From: Fimbriimonadales bacterium
Lineage (GTDB): Bacteria; Armatimonadota; Fimbriimonadia; Fimbriimonadales; ATM1
Length of the DNA: 64,000 nucleotides
Reading direction: 5' to 3'
Assembly: GCA_051003155.1 (NCBI GenBank)
Contig: JBPCLO010000008.1
Coordinates: 18,152 to 82,151 of the forward strand
Part shown: positions 1 to 10,656 of the stretch, in pieces
Numbering within the stretch: the first letter of the stretch is position 1
Layout of the letters: each line of letters starts with the position of its first letter
The notes under the pieces: generated by a model
Database searches by the model: none
Seen by the model: only the letters and a program-made list of their open reading frames with translations
What the model was told of the DNA's origin: nothing
Translations under genes and position numbers: made by a program

Positions 1-2
1 GC

Positions 3-881
3 GGATATACGAGGCCAGCGTTTATCGCTGACAAGGATGGCGCCTCGATATCGATTCTGGGCGGGAGGCATCCCGTTGTCGAGGCGCACGCCGGCTTCGG
101 CTCGTTCGTCCCAAACGACACGATCCTAGTCGGAGACAGCTCGCTAGTCATCCTAACCGGCCCGAACATGAGCGGCAAATCGACCTACCTCAGGCAAACC
201 GCGCTCATCGTTCTGATGGCGCAGATCGGGAGCTTTGTCCCCGCCGCCAACGCCGAGCTTTCGATCGTCGACCGCGTGTTCGCACGGATCGGCGCAAGGG
301 ACGAGATCGCCACCGGGCAGAGCACATTCATGGTCGAGATGACCGAGGCCGCGAACATCCTCCACCATGCGACCGACCGCAGCCTCGTCATTCTCGACGA
401 AATCGGGCGCGGGACCAGCACCTACGACGGCCTCGCGATCGCCTGGGCAATCGCCGAGCACCTCGCGGGGATCGGCGCGAAGACCCTGTTCGCGACGCAC
501 TACCACCAGTTGAACGCGCTCGCGGAAATGCTCCCCGCGGTGCGCAATTTTCGCGTCGCCGTCCGCGAGGAGGGCGACCAGGTGATCTGGGTTCACAAGG
601 TTCTGGAAGGCGGCACGGATCGCAGCTACGGAATCCAGGTGGCGCGAATGTCCGGCGTTCCCCGAACGGTGCTAAGCCGCGCAGCCGAGGTCCTCGCCGA
701 CCTCGAAGGCAGGGAGGCAGTCCCCAGCGGCCGGGTTAAGCCCGGCGCGCTGCAGCTGACGCTCTTCGAAGCCCAAGAGCCCGAAATCATCAAACGCCTC
801 CGCGACCTCGATACCACCACGCTCACCCCTATCGAGGCCCTGCTCCTTCTCGATAACTTGAAGAAAGAAACGGCCAAGTAG
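3..881 (+). CDS. mutS: DNA mismatch repair protein MutS, C-terminal ATPase part (5' truncated by window)
   Basis: Frame open from window start: [22 protein letters not shown] (Walker A), [29 protein letters not shown]. Confidence 0.97.
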   Translation, partial: GYTRPAFIADKDGASISILGGRHPVVEAHAGFGSFVPNDTILVGDSSLVILTGPNMSGKSTYLRQTALIVLMAQIGSFVPAANAELSIVDRVFARIGARDEIATGQSTFMVEMTEAANILHHATDRSLVILDEIGRGTSTYDGLAIAWAIAEHLAGIGAKTLFATHYHQLNALAEMLPAVRNFRVAVREEGDQVIWVHKVLEGGTDRSYGIQVARMSGVPRTVLSRAAEVLADLEGREAVPSGRVKPGALQLTLFEAQEPEIIKRLRDLDTTTLTPIEALLLLDNLKKETAK

Positions 882-1015
882 CAGAGGACGAAGCTGTTGC
901 TGGACCCCGCACGCCACTACAGGAACCCGGACGCACTATACGGAAGCCTTCACGCGATCTACAGGAGCACGCACGCCATCTGCGGGCCAAGCGCTTCATT
1001 TCTTTGGATTTGAGC

Positions 1016-1859
1016 CTATTTCCTCCGTCGGCGGAGCAGCATGCAAACGCCCGCCGCAAGCACCACCCAGGGCGCGGGCTCGGGAACGATCTCCAGCTGG
1101 TAGCCCTTCCAAAGCCCGCCCGGCTCATCGACAACCAAAACCATACCGTCCGTGAAGCTGAAGTGTGAGTCGAACGCTATGCCTGCGGTGAGCAACTCCG
1201 TCGTACCGATACGTGTTCCGGCGGCGTCCCAGGCGGAAAGGTGGCCCTCGGAATAGGTCATCCAGGGGAATTCGAAACCCCGAGGATAGAAGGCAGTCCC
1301 GCGGTTTTGCGGATAGTTGCTCTCGTTGAACATGCCGCCGAGGCCGATCAGGCCCGGTTGGCTATATGACTCCCATCGGCGCCCCAGCGGTCGACGTTCC
1401 CGGCGTTCATTGCAATGAATTCGTTGCCGCCTGCGGCGAATGACACACTGCTTTGAGCATCGAGAGAGCCGCCTGACAGGACGACATCATTCCCAAAAAT
1501 GCCCGGCGAAGTTTGGACATAGATTTGCGAGTCGTTGAATGCTCGCGCGTAAACGCCCCCCGGTCTGGATTAGTGAAGACCGACCGGAAGTCGAATCCCG
1601 GCGCGTACGTGTCGAGCAGCGGGCCGTCCGATGCGTAGTGCGCAAGCCTCAGGCCGGTGGCACCACCCCCGGAGGACGACCAGTAGTTCGTGCTATCCCA
1701 CGCGGGCGTCATCCTTGTCCCCTCTAGCTCCGCGGCGTCTGTGAAGCTTGCCGTGACCGATTGCGTATCGGGGAATATCCCATCGGCCACTGCCGGTCCC
1801 GCGATGGCGGCGCACAGCGCCAACGTCGCGGCGAGGGAATTCAATTTTCGAAGTTTCAT
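1016..1859 (-). pseudogene. Frameshifted PEP-CTERM surface protein
   Basis: GGAGAG RBS and signal peptide MKLRKLNSLAATLALCAAIAGPAVA at 1859. Frame shifts at the G6 run near 1556-1561 (continues GVYARAFNDSQIYVQ...) and again near 1350, ending in VPEPAPWVVLAAGVCMLLRRRRK. Confidence 0.8.
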
Positions 1860-2034
1860 TTCTACTCTCCCTTGCAAGCTGTGCGAACGTCTGCAAATAC
1901 CAATAGGGCGCGTTGTACCAAGATAGCAACGGGTGCCCTGCGATTTGTCCGGCACGCTTTCGATCCTCTACCGCGCGCAACCCATCCACAGCACGAACCC
2001 GCGGTTCTGCGCCCAACAAGGTAAAACCTGCGCC

Positions 2035-4095
2035 ATGCGAGCCAAAACGCCAAAGACACAACCGGCCAAGAAGTCCAAAGCCAAGAAGGGGCCCGTCAAG
2101 CCCGAAGACCTGCTAAAGTTCCACCTCGTGGGCGACCCGCAGATATCGCCCGACGGAAAGGCGATTCTGTTCTCGAAGAAATACGTCGGCGAGAAGAACG
2201 AGTACGTGACCAATATCTGGATCGTGGACACGAGCGCCAGCGACGCTCGCCAGTTCACGGGCAGCGGCAAGGACGGCGGGGCGCGGTGGTCGCCTGACGG
2301 CTCGCGAATCGCCTTCACCAGCGGGCGAGAGAAGCCGAAGAGCCAGATTTTTACGATCGGCGTCGCGGGTGGAGAGGCTACCAAATTGACCGACTTTCCC
2401 GAGGGCTCGATCGGCCAATTCAAATGGTCGCCCGACGGCTCGATGATTGCGGTTTCCTTCCGCGAAGCGGAGAAAGAATGGACCGAGAAAGCCAAAAAGG
2501 AGCGCGAGGAAAAGGGGCTGAGCACGCCGCCGCGCGTGATCGAAGACATGTATTACCGCCTCGACGGCGACGGCTACTTCAACTCCGCGAAGCACGAGCT
2601 GGTCGTCGTCGACGCCGTAACCGGCAAGTACCGCAAGGTCTACGGGAAGGACCCGACCGGCTGGTTCAGCTTCGACTGGTCGCCTGATTCCCAAGAGATC
2701 GCGATCGCCGCGAACCTCGAAGAGAACCACTATGAGAAGCCGTGGAAGGACCGCCTATACCGGCTGAACGTCAAGTCTGCCAAGCTTGCGCGGGTACCCA
2801 ACCAGGTGGACGGAACGAAAGGATCTGTGATCTGGTCACCGGACGGCAAATACTTGGCCTACGCGGGTCGCGAGGGGAGACAGAGTCTTTGGGGTGCCTT
2901 AAACGATCACCTTTACTTGTGCGATCTTGGAACCGGGGTCTCGACGAGCCTAACCCATGGCGAGGACTTTTGCATTGCCGCAGCTACGCTTAGCGACACG
3001 CGGGAAGCCGCGTTCGGCGCGAACCTTCAGTGGAGCAAGGACAGTTCGCGAGTCTTCATGGGCTTCGGCTGGCACGGCGAGGGCCACATATGTTCGGTGT
3101 CGGTGGCCGGCGGCCCGATCCAGTTCCACACGAGGGGCCAGCGGGAATACATGCTCGGCAACTTCGGCAAAGACGGCGCGAAGGTGGCCTTGTGCGCCGG
3201 TGACTCCGCCGAGCCGAACGAGGTGTATGTCGGCACGATGACCAAGAAGGGGCTGGAAACCCGCAAGCTGACCTCGTTCAACAAGAACCTCTTGGACGAA
3301 CGCGAGATTGCCAAGCCGACGATGACGTGGATCAAGTCCGCGTCCGGCACGGACGTCCAGGTTTGGGTGATGAAGCCCTCGTCGGCTAACGGAAAGATGG
3401 CCCCCGCGATTCTCGAAGTCCACGGCGGGCCGCACGCGCAGTACGGCGTTCCCTTTTTCCACGAGTTCCAGGTGCTTGCGGCGAGCGGTTACGTGGTGGT
3501 TTACAGCAACCCGCGCGGCAGCAAGGGCTACGGCGAGGAGCACTGCAACAGCATCCATGGGTCATGGGGAGCGGCGGATTGGGAAGACGTCGAGGCTGTT
3601 ACGGCATACATGAAGAAGCAGCCTTACATCGACAAGAAGAGGATGGCGATTATGGGGGGCAGCTATGGCGGATACATGACGAACTGGGCGATCGGCCACA
3701 CAGACGACTTCGCCGCGGCCATCACAGACCGGTGTGTATCGAACCTCGTCAGCATGTCGGGCAACAGCGACTTTGCACTCGTTCCCGATACCTATTGGAA
3801 GGGCAACCCGTGGAGCCAGCCTGAGACGCTTTGGGCTCAAAGCCCGATTCGGTACTTCGAGAACGTGAAGACGCCCACCCTGATCATCCACAGCGAAGGC
3901 GACCTTCGCTGCAATGTCGAGCAGGCCGAGCAGGTGTTCACTTCGCTGAAGCTGAGAGGCGTCCCGACGCGTTTTGTTCGCTATCCGCAAAGCACGAGCC
4001 ACGGTATGAGCCGGAGCGGTCCTCCCGATCTTCGTATACACCGACTCCACCAGATTCTAGACTGGTATAAAATCCATTTGAAGAACGGAAAGTAA
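2035..4095 (+). CDS. S9 family peptidase (acylaminoacyl/dipeptidyl aminopeptidase)
   Basis: WSPDG propeller repeats, HGGPH, GGSYGG nucleophile, DLRC, C-terminal His. Start chosen at ATG 2035. Confidence 0.95.
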   Translation: MRAKTPKTQPAKKSKAKKGPVKPEDLLKFHLVGDPQISPDGKAILFSKKYVGEKNEYVTNIWIVDTSASDARQFTGSGKDGGARWSPDGSRIAFTSGREKPKSQIFTIGVAGGEATKLTDFPEGSIGQFKWSPDGSMIAVSFREAEKEWTEKAKKEREEKGLSTPPRVIEDMYYRLDGDGYFNSAKHELVVVDAVTGKYRKVYGKDPTGWFSFDWSPDSQEIAIAANLEENHYEKPWKDRLYRLNVKSAKLARVPNQVDGTKGSVIWSPDGKYLAYAGREGRQSLWGALNDHLYLCDLGTGVSTSLTHGEDFCIAAATLSDTREAAFGANLQWSKDSSRVFMGFGWHGEGHICSVSVAGGPIQFHTRGQREYMLGNFGKDGAKVALCAGDSAEPNEVYVGTMTKKGLETRKLTSFNKNLLDEREIAKPTMTWIKSASGTDVQVWVMKPSSANGKMAPAILEVHGGPHAQYGVPFFHEFQVLAASGYVVVYSNPRGSKGYGEEHCNSIHGSWGAADWEDVEAVTAYMKKQPYIDKKRMAIMGGSYGGYMTNWAIGHTDDFAAAITDRCVSNLVSMSGNSDFALVPDTYWKGNPWSQPETLWAQSPIRYFENVKTPTLIIHSEGDLRCNVEQAEQVFTSLKLRGVPTRFVRYPQSTSHGMSRSGPPDLRIHRLHQILDWYKIHLKNGK

Positions 4096-4112
4096 TACGG
4101 GGCGAGAAGAGA

Positions 4113-4427
4113 ATGAGATTTAGAAGAATTTATTGGGTGACGGAGCAGTTCTTCAAGGACGGCACGAGCGAGGTCGCAGGGATATTCACGTCCGTCCACG
4201 ACCTTGTCGAAACGGGAATCGCTCCATACAACGCCGGCGATTACAAGCACGGCTTTCGGATTACGCTTTGCGAGCTGGACTGTGCCTGTCCCCCACTGTA
4301 CAGTTTTAAGGCGCCTGATTTTGCGGGCGTAGAGAAAGAGCTGGAGCCGTTGGTCGAGAACGGCGAGCTGTCTCGCGAGGAGATCGCTCAGCTTTGTAAA
4401 GCCTTGGTCGGGGCGGCCTCCCCATAA
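4113..4427 (+). CDS. Hypothetical protein
   Basis: 104-aa ORF directly after the peptidase, purine-rich RBS-like stretch, followed by a hairpin. Confidence 0.7.
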   Translation: MRFRRIYWVTEQFFKDGTSEVAGIFTSVHDLVETGIAPYNAGDYKHGFRITLCELDCACPPLYSFKAPDFAGVEKELEPLVENGELSREEIAQLCKALVGAASP

Positions 4428-4455
4428 AGAGTTGCGGCAAGACCGCCGCAACTCT
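4428..4455. terminator. Hairpin between convergent genes
   Basis: AGAGTTGCGGC-N6-GCCGCAACTCT perfect inverted repeat. Confidence 0.65.
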
Positions 4456-4468
4456 CGTGTTCTCGTCC

Positions 4469-5530
4469 TTACTTTTTCGGCTTCGTTGCTTCGGTGGTTT
4501 GAGATGGCGCCGATTCGCCGAGCTCGGCCGTTCGCTGCTTGAGAGCGGTGACGAGCGTGTCCCAGTTCTTCTTGAGATGCGCACGGGTGATCTTCACGTC
4601 GGCAGCAAGAAGCTTATCCAGGAGGATCTTCTGCACGTCGATTGAACCCTTTGCGTCCTGCTGGGTCAGCGCCCGCCGAATCAGCTCGAGTTGCCCCGCG
4701 GAAGGCTTTGTTTGCTGGGCGGCGGTCTTGCCTTCCACCTTGATCTTCACCCATTTGCCACGGAACTGGAACCAGCCGCTCGCTTCGCCCTCGCCAGTCT
4801 TCTTCACTTGGGAGAGGAGTTCGGGGCCGAGCTGGTCCGTCATCGGGACCGGCCTCGGTGCCGTACTGCCCGGAACGGGGTTGAACGCGCCATTGTCGAC
4901 CTTTGCGGACGGAACGGTGCTGAACTGCGTCGCTGCTGCGCCGAACGTGGCGTTGATCAGGGCCTTATCAACGGCCTGACGCTGGGAAGGGTTGTTCAAA
5001 ACGATCCATCGGAGCGACGCGGTCTCGGGCTGTCGGAACCTTGCCGGGTTCTCTTTGACGAACTTTTCGGCGTCGGCGATGGTTTTCTCTTGCTGTCCCT
5101 TGACGGAAATCCTGTAAAGCGCAAGCTCCACCTGAAGCGACTCATTGATGTCGTCTCCGGAGTAACCCAGAGCTCGCATCTGGTCGAAGAACTGAGAATT
5201 CAAGCCCGATCGCAGCGTCTTTTCTTTCTCGACGTCTTCTTTGCTGGGTAAGACTCCTTCGTCCTTTGCAGCTTGCAAAACAACCTGCCTTTCGATCAGC
5301 TTGCCCAGCGCTTGGCTTGAAAGGGGTTGCGCGGGCCGAGCATTCACCGTTTGCCCGTTCGGCAACACAACGGCGATCGAATCCATGGTCTCGAGCTGCT
5401 TTACATACTTGTTCTCGCTGATAGGCTTGTCGTTAAAATTTGCGATCGTTTCACCGCCGGCCTTCCCGCCGCAGCCGGTAAGCCCCGCAGCCGTGGTTGC
5501 GGCCAATACTAATAATCCAATTGATTTCAA
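4469..5530 (-). CDS. PrsA/SurA-like lipoprotein foldase
   Basis: GGAGG RBS, lipobox LTGC, SurA-N-like helices (LIERQVVLQAAKDEGV), degenerate parvulin segment (FGAAATQFS...NGAF). Confidence 0.75.
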   Translation of the reverse strand: MKSIGLLVLAATTAAGLTGCGGKAGGETIANFNDKPISENKYVKQLETMDSIAVVLPNGQTVNARPAQPLSSQALGKLIERQVVLQAAKDEGVLPSKEDVEKEKTLRSGLNSQFFDQMRALGYSGDDINESLQVELALYRISVKGQQEKTIADAEKFVKENPARFRQPETASLRWIVLNNPSQRQAVDKALINATFGAAATQFSTVPSAKVDNGAFNPVPGSTAPRPVPMTDQLGPELLSQVKKTGEGEASGWFQFRGKWVKIKVEGKTAAQQTKPSAGQLELIRRALTQQDAKGSIDVQKILLDKLLAADVKITRAHLKKNWDTLVTALKQRTAELGESAPSQTTEATKPKK

Positions 5531-5648
5531 AACTTGCTAATACCTCCAGGTAATGGGCTATCGCCCGTGGAAGGATACCCGTCAAGGGAACCCCGAGCGT
5601 TAGCCAAACGAAAGAACAACGAATCGGCGCCGAAGGTGCCCGGCAGGT

Positions 5649-5692
5649 AAAAAACTGCCCCGGACACGGAGGGGGGAGAACCGTGCCGGGGC
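5649..5692 (-). terminator. Intrinsic terminator with C-rich loop
   Basis: Minus strand GCCCCGGCACGG-TTCTCCCCCCT-CCGTGTCCGGGGC followed by AGTTTTTT. Confidence 0.75.
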
Positions 5693-5826
5693 TGGGAGGA
5701 GGGAGGAGAGAGTCAAATGAAGGGTAAAAATCGTTCCCTGTCCCAGACCTATATGCTTTTGTAAACTGTACTGCTCAGTACAACACACAATTCGTTTTGC
5801 GAGTTCCCGGCTGGAGGAAAAACGTT

Positions 5827-6741
5827 TCAGGCCAAGCTGCTGCCCGGTGAAAGACGGCGCCCGTTGGCGAAAGCGTACGCTGAAATTGATTGCTTGCCCT
5901 CCAATTGTACCCGAAGAAAAACCAACGCTCCAGCACCGAAGGCGATGGCCACACCATTGTTGCCGGTCGCCAATACTTCGCCGGGCTCGCCGCTGCCTTG
6001 GGCATTGCGAGCTTCTAGTACCTTGACGACGCCGAAACGCGTTTTGATTCTTGAACCCGGCCTGGGGGTGCAGGCACGGAATCGCCGGTAGGCTTCCTCG
6101 GCGCTCATTTGAAACTTGAGCAACCCGTCGTCGCGATTCATTTTCGGCGCCAACGTGGCCCACACGTCGTTCTGGGGATTGCGCGGATAATCGCCCGAAA
6201 CGATAGTGGGCAGCCACTTAGCTGCCATTCCTGCGGCAAGCGATGAGAGGCGAACCTCCAGTTCGCCCGTCGTCTCGTATGGACCTATCGGGAGCCTTTC
6301 GATCGCGATGATTTCTCCGGTGTCCATGCCTTTATCCATCTGCATAAGGGTTACGCCTGTTTCGGTTTCGCCATCGAGGATCACCCGATGAATTGGCGCC
6401 GCGCCGCGGTATCTTGGGAGAATCGACGCGTGGAGGTTAATACCGCCTCTCTTCGCCGATTGGAGCAAAGCCTCGGAAAGAATCTGCCCGTAGCTGGCTA
6501 CAACGAGCGCATCGGGTTCCAGCGAACGAACATGCTCTACAAACTCGGGGCCTCGCGCGCTTTCTGGGGTTAAAACACGTATTCCGATCTCCTCCGCGGC
6601 AGCCTTAACCGGTGAGACGCGGAGCTTCTTACCTCTGCCCGAGGGCCCGTCGGGCTGAGAAACAACAAGAATGATGCTACCAATCAGCGCTCGCAAGACA
6701 GGGACGGCGAAGTTGCTCGTCCCGAAATAGACGAGCCGCAC
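5827..6741 (-). CDS. fmt: Methionyl-tRNA formyltransferase
   Basis: YFGTSNFA, VVSQPD, INLHASILPRYRGAAPI, MDTG; adjacent to def. Confidence 0.97.
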   Translation of the reverse strand: MRLVYFGTSNFAVPVLRALIGSIILVVSQPDGPSGRGKKLRVSPVKAAAEEIGIRVLTPESARGPEFVEHVRSLEPDALVVASYGQILSEALLQSAKRGGINLHASILPRYRGAAPIHRVILDGETETGVTLMQMDKGMDTGEIIAIERLPIGPYETTGELEVRLSSLAAGMAAKWLPTIVSGDYPRNPQNDVWATLAPKMNRDDGLLKFQMSAEEAYRRFRACTPRPGSRIKTRFGVVKVLEARNAQGSGEPGEVLATGNNGVAIAFGAGALVFLRVQLEGKQSISAYAFANGRRLSPGSSLA

Positions 6742-7271
6742 TAAGAGGCTACGGCCCCTGCGGGCCAGGCCCAGTGCAAGGTGCCGACGTCGACCCTGTC
6801 GACGAAAAGGACGCCGTCGAGGTGGTCGATTTCATGCTGGACAACCCGAGCGGCCAACCCTTCCAAGAATAGATTCACCGGCCGCCCCTCCGCATCGAGC
6901 GCCTCGACCTCGATAGCCGCGCTGCGGAGAACCTCGCCGTAAAGTCCGGGCAGGCTGAGGCAGCCTTCTTCGCCGATTTGCTCGCCTTCCGCCCGAAGTA
7001 TCACGGGGTTAATGAGAGCCGTCAACTTTCTTCCGTCGATCGAAACGATGATCACGCGCTCGGAATTACCGACCTGCGGCGCCGCCAGGCCGATGCCGTG
7101 CGCTTTCTTCGTGACCTCGACCATCTGCTCGATGAGCTGGCGAACTCGTTTGTTGACCCTGGCGACCGGCGCGGCGACCTCGCGCAACACGTCGGCCGGG
7201 TACTTCACCACAGGCTGTTCGTCGCTCATCCGCCAAAGCGGTTCGAATTCGGAAGGGATCACGATGTCCAT
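6741..7271 (-). CDS. def: Peptide deformylase
   Basis: GIGLAAPQVG, EGCLSLP, QHEIDHLDG motifs. Confidence 0.97.
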   Translation of the reverse strand: MDIVIPSEFEPLWRMSDEQPVVKYPADVLREVAAPVARVNKRVRQLIEQMVEVTKKAHGIGLAAPQVGNSERVIIVSIDGRKLTALINPVILRAEGEQIGEEGCLSLPGLYGEVLRSAAIEVEALDAEGRPVNLFLEGLAARVVQHEIDHLDGVLFVDRVDVGTLHWAWPAGAVAS

Positions 7272-7323
7272 GCGCTCGGGGTTATTGTGCTTGCACGGCG
7301 GGCCCGTGGTCAAGTGCGACGGT

Positions 7324-9699
7324 TCATAGGAGCGACCCCGGGTTGACATCGATCGTGATCAGCACGGACCGGTCAAACGCCATTTCAGCGGGAAGCCGCA
7401 GGTCCCGAAGTGCAAAATCGAGGGGAAGTTTCAAGAGTATGTGCCGCCGGTAACGCCCATTGAGCCTACCGATCGGGCACTCGGCGGGTCCGATTACCGC
7501 CAGCGTTTCGATTCCGGAGTAATGCCGAGCCAAGCGCCCGATTGCGACCTCGGAGTCGGCTTGGCTTTCCGATGTCGCCACTACGTTGACGAGCTTTGTG
7601 AACGGAGGATACGACGCCTCCTTGCGCTCGGCAATTTCGCTGCGATAGAAATCGTCGAAATCTTGCGCTGCTGCAAATGAAACCGCCGGATGCTCCGGCT
7701 GAAAGCTCTGGATCACCACTTTGCCCGGCTTGCGCCTGCCGGCCCGCCCGGAGACCTGGGTGAGCAGTTGGAACGTCCGCTCGGTCGAACGAAAATCGGG
7801 GACTCCCAAACCCGTATCCGCCGCAATCACGCCGACCAACGTAACACCCGGAAAATCCAATCCCTTTGCAATCATTTGCGTGCCGACGAGAATTTGTAGC
7901 TCGCCCTCGCGGAGCTGGTTCAGAACGTCCTCGACGACTCCTTTACGCCGAGCCACGTCGCGATCGAGCCTCGCGACCTTGGCTCCCGGAAACTCGGCCC
8001 TCACGACCTCTTCTACTTTCTCCGTCCCGAGGCCCAGCGGGCGAAGCCGTGTCGATTCGCAGACCGGGCAAGTATCGAGAGCGGGGATCGCGAGATTGCA
8101 GTGATGGCAGCGAAGGCGCCGCGCCAAACGGTGGAAGGTCAGCGCGACCGAACAGTTCGGACACCTAGGAGAGTGGCCGCAATCCCTGCAGACCAAGGAA
8201 TGCGCATAAGCGCGGCGGTTGATAAACAAGATCGCTTGATGGCCATCGGCGAGCGTGCGGTCGAGCTCCGCGCGCAGCTGAGGCCCCAGAATCGACGGGC
8301 GGCCCTCCTTGAACACTTCGCGCAGGTCCGTCATCGTTACGTCGGGGAGACGTAGAGCAGCGGCGCGGCGCTTGAGGGTCAGAAGCTCGAACTCTCCCTG
8401 TTCCGCCCGGTAGTAGGTTTCGACCGACGGCGTCGCCGAGCCCAAAACGAGCGTTGCCTCCGATTCTTTCGCTCGAAATTCGGCGAGGTCGCGCAGGTGG
8501 TATCTGGGCGTCTTGTCCTGTTTGTAGCTGCCTTCATGCTCTTCGTCGACGACTATCAGGCCGATGTTCGTGAGCGGCGCGAAGATGGCGCTCCGCGCGC
8601 CGATGACGACGGGGGAATCGCCGGTTCTCGCCCGACGCCAGTGCGCTAGCCGTTCGCCCTCGGCGAGGCCGCTGTGCATGACCGCCACGCCGGGACCGAA
8701 GCGTTCCCGCAGCTGACCAACCACCTGGGCGGTGAGCGCGATCTCGGGCACCAGGTAGAGGACGCGCTTGCCCTGTTCGAGGGCTTCGGCGACGGCCCGC
8801 AGGTACACCTCGGTCTTACCGCTGCCGGTCACGCCGAACAGCAGAAATCGCCGCGCCTGTCCCCCGCGGATCGATTCGACGATGGCGTCAGCCGCCGCGG
8901 CTTGCTCTTCGGTCAGCTTGACCGGCGGGGCTGGGTGAATCCCCGCCCTTGCGTTCGGTTCGACGAGCAGCCCCGCATCGGCCAATTTCGCGACTGTCGC
9001 GCTGGTGACCGATGCCAGCGACGCGATCTCGCCGGGGGAAAGCCCGCCGCTGGGGGCGTCCCGAAGCGACAAGAGGCATGCGGCCTGCGCGGGCTTCTTC
9101 TTCGATTCGTCTTCGAGGAAGCGCCCGATTTTCTCGTCGTAACCGAGCACGAGAACCTTTGCGAAGCGCTTGCGTTCCGGCGCGAGCTCGACCGTCCTTT
9201 TCAGCGCGCCCTTGGTAACGAGCGCCTTGACGGCCGAGCGCGCGAGCGCCTTCGCGGCCCACAGCGAGCGCTCCCCGATCCACCCGCCCCGCTCCTTTAT
9301 ATATCGCAGAACTTCGGCCTGGGCGGAGGTCGTCTGGGCCGGCGCCCCGGTGATCGAGTAGGCGGCCGCGAGGCGCGAGCGGAGACCGGGCGGGATCGCT
9401 TGAGCGAGCGCGGCGGAGGGCGGAGCGAGGTACTCGTCCGCGATAAAATCGAGCATGCGCATCAACTCCTCCGGCAGGCTGAGCCCGTCGATAACGGAGC
9501 TTATCTCGCGCAGTTTGAACGCGAATTCCTCCGCTCCGCCGTCTCGTGCCCCGAGGACATAGCCGACGACGACCCTCGGCCCGAACGGAACCAGCACCGC
9601 ATCGCCCCGCCCGGCGTTCATGCCTCCCGGCACGGCATACGTGTACGACTCGGCTATTCCGGAAGCGGGGATATCAGGAACAACCTCGGCGACGCGCAT
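7324..9699 (-). CDS. priA: Primosomal protein N'
   Basis: GVTGSGKTEVY, DEEHE, four CxxC pairs, GTQMIAKGLDF, QVSGRAGR. Start re-picked at MRVAEV (9699). Confidence 0.96.
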   Translation of the reverse strand: MRVAEVVPDIPASGIAESYTYAVPGGMNAGRGDAVLVPFGPRVVVGYVLGARDGGAEEFAFKLREISSVIDGLSLPEELMRMLDFIADEYLAPPSAALAQAIPPGLRSRLAAAYSITGAPAQTTSAQAEVLRYIKERGGWIGERSLWAAKALARSAVKALVTKGALKRTVELAPERKRFAKVLVLGYDEKIGRFLEDESKKKPAQAACLLSLRDAPSGGLSPGEIASLASVTSATVAKLADAGLLVEPNARAGIHPAPPVKLTEEQAAAADAIVESIRGGQARRFLLFGVTGSGKTEVYLRAVAEALEQGKRVLYLVPEIALTAQVVGQLRERFGPGVAVMHSGLAEGERLAHWRRARTGDSPVVIGARSAIFAPLTNIGLIVVDEEHEGSYKQDKTPRYHLRDLAEFRAKESEATLVLGSATPSVETYYRAEQGEFELLTLKRRAAALRLPDVTMTDLREVFKEGRPSILGPQLRAELDRTLADGHQAILFINRRAYAHSLVCRDCGHSPRCPNCSVALTFHRLARRLRCHHCNLAIPALDTCPVCESTRLRPLGLGTEKVEEVVRAEFPGAKVARLDRDVARRKGVVEDVLNQLREGELQILVGTQMIAKGLDFPGVTLVGVIAADTGLGVPDFRSTERTFQLLTQVSGRAGRRKPGKVVIQSFQPEHPAVSFAAAQDFDDFYRSEIAERKEASYPPFTKLVNVVATSESQADSEVAIGRLARHYSGIETLAVIGPAECPIGRLNGRYRRHILLKLPLDFALRDLRLPAEMAFDRSVLITIDVNPGSLL

Positions 9700-9741
9700 T
9701 GCGATGTCGATTGTAGCGCGGGGAGAGACTGCCGACTGTCG

Positions 9742-10491
9742 AATGCGCGGCGGGTGCCAAATGGGCCGGCGGCTTCGCCAGATGGCGCGGCGCCACCGCC
9801 AAATCGCGCAGCGGTTCCCGGCGAAGGTGGCCGGGGAGGTGCGGTTGGACTTTGCTGCGAAAATCGCCGCACTATGCCTCCGAAGACTGGTGCCCCGGGC
9901 GACTCGCAGACCTATTTCCTTTTCGCGCAAACCTCGCCAACCGGGCCGCGGCGACGGGGTGGACGACGGGCTAACGGCGGGTCAGGTCACCCAGATCGCA
10001 GTGGGCTCGGACGTGGTCGAAGAGATCGTCAACCACTGGGCTGGACCGAGTAGCTCCTAACGCTGTCGGCCGCGCTCAACCCTCCGGTCCCGGCACCGGT
10101 TCTCCGCCTGCAATCGCTATGCCGGCTTGGCGCGCTGGCAGCCATCGAGGCCCGCACTCGGCAGTACGCGGGCATCCCCAAGGCCGTGCAGGAATACACG
10201 CGCGAGAAGGGTGAGCCTTACGGGATGTTCGCGCAGAAAGCGCCTCCGGCTGGAGTTCCGGACGTGGCTCCGACGGCGCTGGCCGCTTCCCAGACGCTCC
10301 TCGCCATCTCAGATGCCGGTTACGACGTTTTGGTGGTCGATCCCAAGCGCAGCGCGGGCGGCTGGAGCAAATCGGCGTTTCCCAGAGGGTTAAATACATC
10401 GGCGCGCGCCCGCCGCTGGTGGCCTGCCAGCCGGAGCTTTGGGAATACGGTTGCCTGGGGATGGAGGAAAACTCCCGCATCGGACCGTTGA
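9742..10491 (+). pseudogene. Probable degraded gene remnant, family unknown
   Basis: Protein-like stretches in different frames (GQVTQIAVGSDVVEEIVNH; LGALAAIEARTRQYAGIPKAVQEYTREKGEPYGMFA...) separated by stops. Confidence 0.3.
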
Positions 10492-10584
10492 GCGGTCGCG
10501 ACTGCCGTGACGGTGGGTGTTTGGCTAGCTAGGCGTCGCCCTCCATGTCGGCATGTCCCCAAATCGGCTCTCTTCCAAATCTTA

Positions 10585-10619
10585 AACACAAGCGCCCCCG
10601 GCCCCAGGCCGAGGGCGCC
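10585..10619 (-). terminator. Terminator after small lipoprotein gene
   Basis: Minus strand GCGCCCTCGGCC-TGG-GGCCGGGGGCGC followed by TTGTGTTT. Confidence 0.65.
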
Positions 10620-10656
10620 GTCGACGATCCGCTTATCGGCGAATCGCTTTTGAAAG

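Noticed and set aside
905..990. CRISPR array
   Set aside because: Units are contiguous and degenerate with no spacers; no cas genes in the window.
8674..10053. 459-aa plus-strand ORF (and similar long antisense ORFs such as 26835-28190 and 50004-51338)
   Set aside because: Shadow frames opposite well-supported genes, expected in GC-rich DNA.
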